Assembly (NCBI GenBank): GCA_964016885.1
Contig: OZ024742.1
Location: 119,722,001 to 119,786,000, forward strand
Direction: 5' to 3'
DNA length: 64,000 nucleotides
From: Eledone cirrhosa
Lineage: Eukaryota
The position numbers were made by a program, and so were the translations under genes. The notes beneath the pieces are model-generated. The model did no database searches, had not been told where the DNA came from, and saw only the letters and a program-made list of their open reading frames with translations. The stretch's first letter is position 1, and every line of letters begins with the position of its first letter. This document shows positions 53,885-64,000 of the stretch, one piece after another.

Positions 53885-55370
53885 TCATATAACCTGATGG
53901 GAGACTTCAATGCCCATATTGGCACAGACCACCTGATATAGAAAAGAGTAATTGGAAGGAATAGCAACCCTGATCTAAATACAAATGGAGAGGCCCTACT
54001 AGACTTCTGTTCTAGTAATGGACTCTCTATTATGAACACCTTCTTTCAGCACAGAGACATCCATAAATATACATGGTGTAAGGGAAATCGGGGACAGAGA
54101 TCAATAATTGATTTTGTTATTGTCTCTTTGATTCTGTGCTGGATGTTAAGAGTGGGGCTGAGCTGTCAACTGATCACCATCTAGTTATCTGAGACTAACT
54201 AAAGCCAAAGAAGCCCACAAAACTGGCAGGTACAGGGTGACCTACAGGATAAAGTGGGAAGCATTGGTGGATAAAGAAATCAGGATCAGGTATGCAGATA
54301 CTATTGCATTCAAATTCAGAGATCTCTCTGAGCAAACTGAAGGCGTTGAGACAGAGTGGAAATTGTTCAGCACAGCAGTTTCTGCTTCAGCTGTTAAATG
54401 CTGCAGGCGAAAGAGGCTTGGTGTGGTACTGGATGGCAGGAAAACCCCTTGGTTCAATCAAGAGGTCAAAGATGCCATCCAAGCAAAGAGGAGGCTTGCA
54501 AAGCTTGGCTTATAAATAAGACCTCCTTCTTGCATTTGCAGTACAATCAGGGATGAAGAATCACAGTAAGAGAAACTAAAGGCGTCCAAAGTTAAGATAT
54601 GGGAGGACTTTGGGGTTAAGCTGAAATCCGACTTCAGATCAGCAAATAAAGTGTTCTGGCAGACCAATTGCTGACTTTGTAATAAGAAGCCCTCCTCCAC
54701 ACCTGCTATTAAGGACACATCTGGGGTTCTCCTCTCTTCAGAGAGGGGCTTCCTCGCGAGGTGGAGAGAATATTTTGCTGATCTCCTAAACCCAATCACA
54801 ACAGCATATTCTGATGTACATGAGGTGCATCTGGGAGCAGTGACTATTCTCAGAGACTGAGGTCACAAGAGCAATTAAAGAGTTCAATTGTGGCAAGGCT
54901 GCTGGGGAAGATGAAATGTGGCCCAAGAATTAAAAGCCTTAAATAGAGAAGGTATCCTCCTGCTGATCCATGTGTACTGGGTGGCCTAGATCTCTGGAGA
55001 AGGGACCTAAGAAATGGCAATCAGGAGTGATAATCCCAATTTTTAAAAAGGGAGACAAAAGAGATTGTTCTAATTACAGAGGGATCTCCTTGTTAAGCCT
55101 CCCCGGTAAAGTCTATTCTAAGTGTCTGGCAAAGAAATGCAGGGAGATTGTTGAGTCCAAGCTAGCTGATGAACGGTGTGGTTTTCACCCCAGACACAGT
55201 ACAACCAACCAAATATTCACACTGCGACAGGTCTTCAAGAAATCATGGGAGTATTGCCAAGAGGTATATTCTTGTTTTGTTGACCTTGAAAAAGCATATG
55301 ATCATGTTCCTCAGGATATGCTGTGGAAGGTTCTGCAGGAGTATGGGATCGATGGTCAGTTCCTTGCTGC
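53885..55370 (+). mobile_element. Expander/Rex3-like RTE LINE fragment (APE endonuclease to RT N-terminus), degenerate
   Basis: GDFNAHIG, NTFFQH, IDFVIV, STDHHLV, PIFKKGD...NYRGISLL, FVDLEKAYD. Confidence 0.88.
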
Positions 55371-55793
55371 CCATTCCCATCTGAACTCTTGACCAATCCA
55401 CTAACACAATTGATATTTTCAATGAAAGGAATACAACTACGAACACTGCTGCTGCTGCTACTACCACCTCTCTCTCTATACTCAAGAGTTACTTTTACAG
55501 TCTCCTTCTCAACAAAGAAAATGCAACAACTTACATCAACGCTTAATTTTAAATCTTTAATTTTTTAGTTTTTAATCCTTATTAATTCTTTTTAATTGTA
55601 ATACTCAATATTTGATAACATGAATTTTACTAATACATCGAAACCGGTAATACTTTATATACTTTATATACATTATAAAACTTTTTTTTAAAAGCATTGT
55701 CTCTCTCATTTTTTCAATAATGCCACGAATCAAAGAAAAGAAAAAATAAGAAAAACAGACCCTTAAATATATTTTCAGTGCTATTTCCAATCT

Positions 55794-55853
<60 letters not shown>

Positions 55854-55900
55854 ATATATATATATATTTATATGCATATATATATGTGTGTATATGTGTA

Positions 55901-56292
55901 GTGGAAAATATTCCATCAGCATTGCCCAAATGATGTTGGCATCACCTTTAATGTACACCCAAGGTTTGGGCTCCATGCTATCTGCCCACAACAAAAATCA
56001 AACTTGCATCTCATAACATGAATACGCCACAGTTATTTCACCTCAATTGTCCCTTCTCTCTTTAACATTACACCAAAACATATTAAAACAGAAATAGACC
56101 CTATAAAGTTCAAGAAGTCTTTGGACTTCATGAAATCCCGGATAAACCTCCTACAATTGGATATGTCTCCGTAAACAATACCTCTCTAATTGAGTGGGGC
56201 ATGTTGTCCAAATCCTGATTTGAAAGACTTCACCAGGTGGTGCTATTAAGTTAAACATGGCCTGGGCCAATACTGGCCGAAACCTATCATAG

Positions 56293-56295
<3 letters not shown>
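55901..56295 (+). mobile_element. CR1-group LINE 3' fragment
   Basis: Homologous to about 47995-48388. Confidence 0.75.
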
Positions 56296-56329
<34 letters not shown>

Positions 56330-58026
56330 TTAAAATGTTGAGAAGTGACACACGAGTTGATGTATATTAAGAAAATAAGAAAAGAAGTAGAAAATGTCAA
56401 TGGGATTTTTTCATAGAATAGCAACAAAACGTTTTTTTAAAAGTAATTTATCGTACCGGTTTCAGCCGATACTTGTTTCAGCTTCTTCATGCTAAAGGAA
56501 ATATGATAAAAAGTATGTAATTAAATTAAGGTGTATATTAATTAGAAGAGGATATTAGAGATCATAGTTTACATATATATATAAGAAATTTCACATTTTC
56601 GTTTATCTCTTTCTTTCTCTCCTCCTTGGTGGTTTGGTGGTAGTAGTAGCTGGAATAGAAGTTGGTTTGTTCCCTGTTATTGTTTGACATACATATATAT
56701 ATCAAATGAGGCAACGGAGTAATGGACTCGTGTTAATCCCTGTAATTTAATGAGCTCAAGGAAATTTGTCTGTGTTCTTCAAAATATAATATAAAGAGGA
56801 GAGAATATATGAAAAGAATGTGTTTTCATTACAGGGTATATTACCACCAGAGTGAAAAACATAAAAACTGCGAGTGGTACAGCAAATCCATTATAATCAA
56901 ACAGATTAATTAAAATGTAAAATGTAACTTTATAACTATGACACCTGTACAGTCCCAGAAAATGGAAACCCTAAAACTAACATTACACCCAACCCCCAAT
57001 CCAGGACAAAAAGTCGATTGCAAGCATTTAAGAGATCCAGAAAAAATTGAGGAAAGATAATTGTGCATAGATCTGCAAAACACTGATAGTCTTTTCGCCC
57101 CCTTTCACTCTACTTTTTCTATAAATCTAGTCATTTCTGACTGGTCTGGAGGTCATATTCGTTGATATCACATGAAAAAATAAATTGTATAGAAAACTCC
57201 CAGGTGGAGTATCCTCCATTCTCCAGGAAAAAAGTTGATTGCCAGTATCTTGGAGGTCAGATTGATAACACACACACAACAAAAAACAAAAAAAGAGGAA
57301 AAATATTTTTTGCACTGAAATCGGGGTGTGTGTTCTATAATAATACCGGAAATATTTAAGAAGTTTTAATATTTTGATATTTGAAATATTATATCTTTCA
57401 TAATCAATAGGGAATAGTTGAAAGAGATCAACTAAGAGAGCACAGAGTAGTGTGTGGGAGTGAGGGAGGAGTAAGAGACAGAGTGAGAAAAAGACAGGGT
57501 GAAAACAACAGTAGGGAGAGAGAGAGCAAGCAAAATAAAACAAAACAAGATTAAAGCAAAAGTATAATTAAATCGCAGAGAGTGTATGTGTATGTGTGCA
57601 TATATGTGAAGGGGATATTTATGTATTAAAAAGTTCAAATAACAGAAATTTGTTGGAATTGTTTTCAAGGCAATGCATAATTAAAACTCATGCAGTAAAT
57701 GTAGAAAAACAGTGTTTCATTGTGAAATAATTACTCCAAATATTTTAGTATCTTATTTATGTAGAATTTGAAATTAGTGAAAATCCTCAAAGCATTGATA
57801 TCAAATATAAGCCGACCTCCTTTCCCATTTTACCATCAAAGTTTTGATCATATATTCCTTGGCTTATATTCGACTATATACGGTAGTTTATTACTTTCAA
57901 CATAATCAGATGTGGTAATAATTTTCATTTGTAAATACATAATAAATGTTTATCTAATGAAAAAGCAATTGAAAGGTTATTTATTTGTTTTCAGAATTTA
58001 CAAATTCCTTAGTGTTTTTATTGCAG

Positions 58027-58084
58027 CAAGCAGATGGAGAACACATGGTAGTGTTGATCTATTTGATGTGCGTAGACGTCCATG
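58027..58084 (+). CDS. CACNA2D: Calcium channel alpha-2/delta subunit, exon B (58 bp, phase 1-2)
   Basis: ttgcag acceptor, gtaaga donor; (A)SRWRTHGSVDLFDVRRRP(W), the conserved DL(Y/F)DVRRRPW motif; in frame with exon A. Confidence 0.95.
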
Positions 58085-58460
58085 GTAAGATCTATTAAAT
58101 TTAAAAAATTGTCAGTAAACCTTTAGTGATAGTTTAACTTGTTAATTAGATAAAATATTTTTCAAATTATGTTTTCAATTAATATTCTTTTTAGACAAAC
58201 ATAATATTTACTTTGTTATTTAATATTACATTTAATAAATGAAAATATTTTTACTGGTAAATTAAATACAGATTATGTTTTTATGAAAAAAATATGTTAA
58301 CATTGAATGTATTATTATTAACAACATTCTAAGAAAATTGGTGTGTGGAATCAGAAAATTTAACCTTCATTTTTTGCCTTTAAATTTGTTGCCATTTGTT
58401 ATGCAAATCCTCATATAGTCATTATACTATTCTATTAAAATGAATGATGATGATGATGAT

Positions 58461-58797
58461 CATCATCATCATCATTTTACGTCCGCTTTTCCCTGCTTGC
58501 AAGGGTGGGACGGGAACTGATTCTGGCTTGATTTCTACAGCTGGATGCCCTTCCTAACACCAACCTCATTTACAGTGAGTGCTGGGTGCTTTTTTGCCGT
58601 GGCACCTCCACGACCACTTTACAGTGGAATGATAGGGACCTCAGTCCCTATCATCTCATTTCTACAGCTGAGTAAACTGGAGCAATGTGAAATAAAGTGT
58701 CTTGCTCAAGGAAACAACACATCACCCAGTCTGAGAATTGAACTCACAACCTTTCGGTTGCAAGCCCAATGCTCTAACCACTAAGCCATGTGCCTCC
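58461..58797 (-). mobile_element. Full-length tRNA-derived SINE with RTE-derived 3' tail
   Basis: Minus strand: A box tggcttagtgg, B box gagttcaattc, hairpin tgatagggac-tgag-gtccctatca, tail ggtgttaggaagggcatccagctgtagaaa...(GAT)n shared with RTE LINEs. Confidence 0.9.
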
Positions 58798-59973
58798 ATA
58801 TTAAATCTATTATACTATTCATTAGACCTATTTAAGTCTTTATTCTAAATTTAATAGTTTTCATTTGCATTTAGTCAAAGCACTTTTTACAGTTAGAATT
58901 TAAGGAAAAGAATTTCTCTTTAATTGGTGAGTCACAGGTGACTGAATCAATAGGCCAAAAGTGCCACTTTGTTACTTACTGTCCTTGGTCAAAACAAATA
59001 ACATTTAAAATTACAGACCCCCATGTAACTGTAAATAGGTAATAATGTACAAGCATATAGCTTATAACTGTAAGCAATGGTGGTACTACAAGACTAACTA
59101 GTATTTTGTGAGGTTGAAGAATTAACTTCATATCTTCCTGTAAATATTTGGAGAAAGGTGAACTTTGTTTAGTTAATCTGCCTTTAGATACTGCCCTTGA
59201 AGATAATATATTCAAGTGATACCAAGTAATTACAAACTTTTTAATTCAGATATTCTTACAATTTTATTAAATGAATTTTTTTATGGTGGTAAGCTTTTGT
59301 AACTAACAAAGATACACACTGCAAAAATTACCTGATTTTAATACACATAAAATGTTTGAACATTTTGGGACCAACCTACCTGAATCCATCTATGGATTTA
59401 TGATACAAAACTGTTATTTTAGAGTTTATAATCATCTAAAAACCTTCCATTATAATTTCTATGTAAATTCCTTTGTTAAGTTATGCTCCAAACACCAGCT
59501 TAATAATCAGAAAATTATTAGAATAAATAATTAGAAAATATTACAAAATCTCTCAAAATTATTTGAAAATCATGGACAGTGTCTTTCATTAGAAATAGAC
59601 TAATGAAAGGATTAAAGTATCATCATTTTAATTATTTTAGTTGATTTTTATTCTCAACTTGAGTGTTTTATATGTTAAACTTAGATTTTTTTCAACAATC
59701 TAAATCTCTCATAAATTTGATTATACATATATCACAATACTTGCAAATAGAAGATACTCATTACATTAAGAACTAAAGTAAAGATATATAAATCATTGTG
59801 TTAGCATGTTCAACAAAAGGGATACAAAAATGTTACCAATGTTACACTTGAAGCTGCTTTGGTTTTATTTTTTCATTCTTAACAATATGTTTCTGTATTA
59901 AATGCTTTGCTTAATTTTCTTAAGATGTTCTTTCATGATTATTCCAATAATTTTTGTAATATTTTATTGTCAG

Positions 59974-60024
59974 GTATACTCAAGGAGCAAGTTCACCCAA
60001 AGACATGATGATTATTATCGATAC
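59974..60024 (+). CDS. CACNA2D: Calcium channel alpha-2/delta subunit, exon C (51 bp, phase 2-2), start of VWA domain
   Basis: tgtcag acceptor, gtaagt donor; (W)YTQGASSPKDMMIIID(T). Confidence 0.95.
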
Positions 60025-61136
60025 GTAAGTATAATCTTTCAGATTTAGTAGATATTGTCCCATTATTGTCTGGAGAATTCTTACGAAAATTAAAGGTATC
60101 CATTTGTCTGTTGATCTTACCAAGTGTAATATATCAGTCATTTTCTATAAGGTTTTAGTGTTTGTTCATGATTTCTTTGTTCATATTGTTTCAGTATTAG
60201 TTTTCTTTTATCCACTCAATAATTTTGAACTGAAAACATCTTAATGTAATAAACTTACACGTTTAGATTTATAATATTGTTTATGTCTTGAAATTTCAAA
60301 GTATTAAGCATTATCTTCATTACATTTTCTATTATATTCTCCAGTAATTTTAAGATGAGTCTGTATGTGATCTATGACGTATGTAGTGGTGTGTATAACA
60401 GCAGTTCTATCTGATGTTAGCAGTACTTCAATGTAGCCCATTTCTTGTCCCTGATAATTAAAGCACATGATGATTTGCCCTGGAAATTAATGTTAAAACA
60501 TGTTTTTTAATGTTAATTATCAAATTACTGAATTTAATTTTGTTATAAGTATTTCATTTTTTGAGGTTTTGTTTAAAATACATTTATACTCATTAGCTTA
60601 AGACTCGTTGTTTGCTAGCTGGGAGATTAACACTATGAATTGTTTTATTTGTGTTAGATTGAGTCACTGGAAAAGATATATAATTCTCAATAGCTCTGTC
60701 TATTTAGCTTTGAAATAAGTATTGCAAGAAACGACAACACATAACTGTAAATAGTGGTAGCATTGAATAATTGATGAGTTTTGCTAACATTGTATGCTAA
60801 CATTTCAAATGTTTTTATTTTTGCCAGAGTCTTTTATACTGCCATTCTTATCTAGAAAAATGTCTCCCATATGTTTAACATCATGAAATTCATGATAAAC
60901 AGTTCACATTGTTTACTACCATTCAGCAGGTAGCTAGTTCTCACACACAATGATTTATAGTAAACATTCTTGTGCAAATTACTTTCTGTCCACCCATATT
61001 CAATATTCAAAGCTTGCCTAAGCTTCAGATATCCCCCATTAATGTACTTAAACGCAAGAAACAAATGCATAAATTATGACATACATTTGTATGTAATTAT
61101 ATTTGTATAAACCTCTTTTTTCTCCCTTTGTTGCAG

Positions 61137-61236
61137 GAGTGGTAGTGTGCACGGGCAAGCCCTTCAGCTTATTAAGGTGGCAGTGAAATCTTTATTGGAT
61201 ACTCTGGGAGAAAACGATTTTGTAAATATTGCTCAT
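61137..61236 (+). CDS. CACNA2D: Calcium channel alpha-2/delta subunit, exon D (100 bp, phase 2-0), VWA MIDAS
   Basis: Long pyrimidine tract + ttgcag, gtaaga donor; (T)[33 protein letters not shown]; completes DTSGS (DxSxS). Confidence 0.95.
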
Positions 61237-61478
61237 GTAAGAAATAATTAACTACAGCTTCTGTTGTTGTTTTGCCATGGGGGTGGGTGATTGTTTAGTA
61301 AATATAATGATTTCTTTTTTTTTTAATTCTTCTTCTTTAATAATCAAAATGTCCAAAAGTGGCAGTACTTTTACATGTCATTCACAGCAGTAGTAGTGGT
61401 AGTAGTAATAATAATAATGGTTTCTTTATTGGCCACAAGGGCTAACATGTAGAAAAACATTACAGATTGCACAGGATG

Positions 61479-61509
<31 letters not shown>

Positions 61510-62696
61510 TGATGACAACAATAATAACAACAATAATAAAAAAGAAAAGGAAACAAAGGAAAAAATAATAGGAAAATATAGAGAAAGAAGAGAAAAAGAA
61601 AGAAAACTGATTGTTATATGTATTTTCTTGCTGAAGCTATTTAAATGAAAAATATAAATGTTTTGTAAAAACAAAGTTGTTTTATGAGTAAATTGTTAAT
61701 TATTTTCCATTTAGGAGGAAAATATGTAATTGCAAGTTGTCAAAAGATAGAAAATGTTTGATCTATGTAAGAAAGCCATCTATGTACAATAAGGAATACT
61801 TAATAAAATATGTTGTTAGTTGATATGCTCTGTAGATATGGTTACTTCATCTTGGTGACCTGGTGTTTAGAAATTAAAATTTAGAGCATCAAATCTCAGT
61901 ACATAATATAGGACGTGTATAAAGGAAGATTTTATTGAAATTGTATAGTCAAGGGGTTTATATAAAGTCAAAGAGATTATATAAAAGCTCTTTTGGTGTT
62001 TTTTTCAAAACATATTATATATATTTTGAAGAGACTGAGCAAACTATAGCCTTGGAATAATTACTCTAATGCTTGTTGTTGATCTACAAGATAAAAGTGA
62101 TTGATATTCAATATTTTTATTAGCACATAGCTTTTTATTATCAATTTTTAATATCATCTCAGAATGCAAAAGACTATTTTTTCAGGTAAATTATGTAGTC
62201 ATGCTCCCAAAAACTATGAGTTAGCAGCATCAAATCAATTGTTTTTATCAGTTTCTCATTGTAGATTATTACCCACAAACATCAATAGAGGGAATACTTT
62301 TAACTATAAATTTATATATACATATATATATGTGTGTCTGTGTGTGTATACATATGTGTGTATGTATGTAAAGAGGGAGAGAGAGGCGGTATGTAAAATA
62401 TTGATACTGAAAATGGACACTGTTGGTGTTTATGTAGTTTGGGTTTTGCTTTGGAGCCTTAGAAAATAAAGGTCTTGTTTGAAATATTTAAATTTATTTT
62501 AATCTCATAACACTCTAGCATTGATCATATTTTAAACCTCATTTACATAATATTTGCCAATGTATGCAAGTCGTAGTTTCTCTCTAACTAGAATAAAGTA
62601 TTAAAGCACAGTAAGATTTAGTGTTGTTTGTTATATTGTTGATAGTTTTTGAAAGTCTATTTACTACTCAAAGCAATTACTATCATTTTTTTCCAG

Positions 62697-62768
62697 TTTT
62701 CGAAAGAAGCAAGTTTTGTCAGCTGTTTTAATGACACATTTGTGCAAGCTAATTACAGAAATAAAAAG
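62697..62768 (+). CDS. CACNA2D: Calcium channel alpha-2/delta subunit, exon E (72 bp, phase 0-0)
   Basis: ttttttccag acceptor, gttagt donor; FSKEASFVSCFNDTFVQANYRNKK, matching F.......SCF...(L/F)VQAN..NKK. Confidence 0.95.
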
Positions 62769-62873
62769 GTTAGTATATTTTCATACATTGAGAATAGGTA
62801 ATTCTAAAGCTTAATTGTTTTCTGCAAATATAAAACAATAGCCATCTTGCCTTTTACACGCACACGCGCATGC

Positions 62874-62917
<44 letters not shown>

Positions 62918-62984
62918 CCTCATTTGTCCATCCATATGAGTATGCATAGATATGCCCAAGACTCGTTGAGAAGTCCTTTTTTCA

Positions 62985-63670
62985 CCAATTTGCTGACAGC
63001 TCTATACTTTCTCAGCTTCAGCTTCTTCTTAACTCATCATCTCCTGGCATGCTCATATGCTAGAGCATGTTTCTTTATGAGACTAGGATTAATGATGAAG
63101 TCTTTTAGGGAGACCATGAGAGAACTGTTGTAGAGTTTATGCTGCCCACCAATTATTCATTTACCCAATACTAACTCCCTATAGAATACATATTTTAGAA
63201 GTCCTCATCCATTCTGACAGTGTGGTCTGCCCAGTGCAGCAGAACTCTGCATAGAAGAATGTGGATGTGAAGTAATATCATACAATTGAGGACCTTAGTT
63301 TCTGGGACCTTATCCTTCCAATAAATGTGCTGCAATTTACACAGACAGCAGAGGATATGTACGTTTCTTGGTATTTCTGCAGTTCATTCACATATAACAA
63401 AGCTAGAATAACAACCCTGTAGAATTTCAATTTGGTTTGGATACTGAGACCCTATCTCCCCCAAACTTTCCTGAGGAGTGTATCAAAGGCAATGCTGGCT
63501 TTGGTATTGATTTTATCATAGATGTAGATGATCCTTGGGAGATGTTGCCAAAATATGCAAACCTGACAAATCCACAGCCATGATTGCTATGTCTTGTACT
63601 TCTTGTGGTGGGGGTGTCTGATTGGTAACATGACTTTGTGCATCTCAGACACTAAACTTTCATTGAAAGA
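62985..63670 (-). mobile_element. Degenerate RTE/BovB-like C-terminal fragment
   Basis: Reverse strand reads FAYFG, YRVVILALLY, LHWADHTVRMD. Confidence 0.6.
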
Positions 63671-64000
63671 ACATTCAACTACAAACAGAAACTCACAAAC
63701 TGCAAATTTCTTCATCTGATAATGTCTGATAAAGCTATTCTGGATACATCAGTCAGCATGGCTGTAACCAAAAAACATACATAAAAACACAGGGGCCAAC
63801 ACAATCAAATTTAACATTGTGGTTTGGAATATTGCTATTGACTCTCAATCATCAATTACACTGGCAAATCTGCCCCCATAGAATAACCATACTAGGATAA
63901 TATATTGGCACTGGTACACATACAGTTACACATTTTCAATCATGTAGTTCTTAATCACTATTTTTGTTTCATTATTTTCGGTGGATTGATTGGCAGTATT

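Noticed and set aside
56835-56876. Possible 42-bp phase 1-1 exon between exons A and B
   Set aside because: Weak donor (gtacag), would interrupt the conserved YP-A junction, and lies in a tacaggg...cacctgta mariner-like relic
57995-58033. Alternative acceptors for exon B (57994 and 58033)
   Set aside because: Offsets of 32 and 7 nt would shift the frame
58725-58797. tRNA gene
   Set aside because: tRNA-like head is continuous with a multi-copy SINE body and lacks a clean acceptor stem and terminator

Overview
AT-rich eukaryotic (animal) genomic DNA; the repeat landscape of (TA)n/(CA)n seas, RTE LINEs with (GAT)n tails and tRNA-SINEs suggests an octopus-like cephalopod (inference, not searched). 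None of the long ORFs in the ORF track are host genes: they are retroelement fragments or microsatellite read-throughs. The real gene is a + strand voltage-gated calcium channel alpha-2/delta subunit (CACNA2D family), visible as five short GT-AG exons at 52756-62768 that splice in frame and encode the region leading into the VWA domain, with an intact DxSxS MIDAS. Everything upstream appears to be one very large intron, with two candidate phase-symmetric small exons. The intron is packed with RTE, BovB-like, CR1-like and CRE-like retroelement pieces, SINEs, piggyBac- and Tc1-type MITEs and a small Helitron. Most notable: a near-perfect 531-bp palindrome (7644-8174) carrying a minimal type I hammerhead-ribozyme motif on each strand (Penelope-like), tandem H-type pseudoknot-like modules in the RTE/SINE 3' end, a PHD-type zinc finger inside the RTE polymerase ORF, and many inverted young repeats that would form dsRNA in the pre-mRNA.
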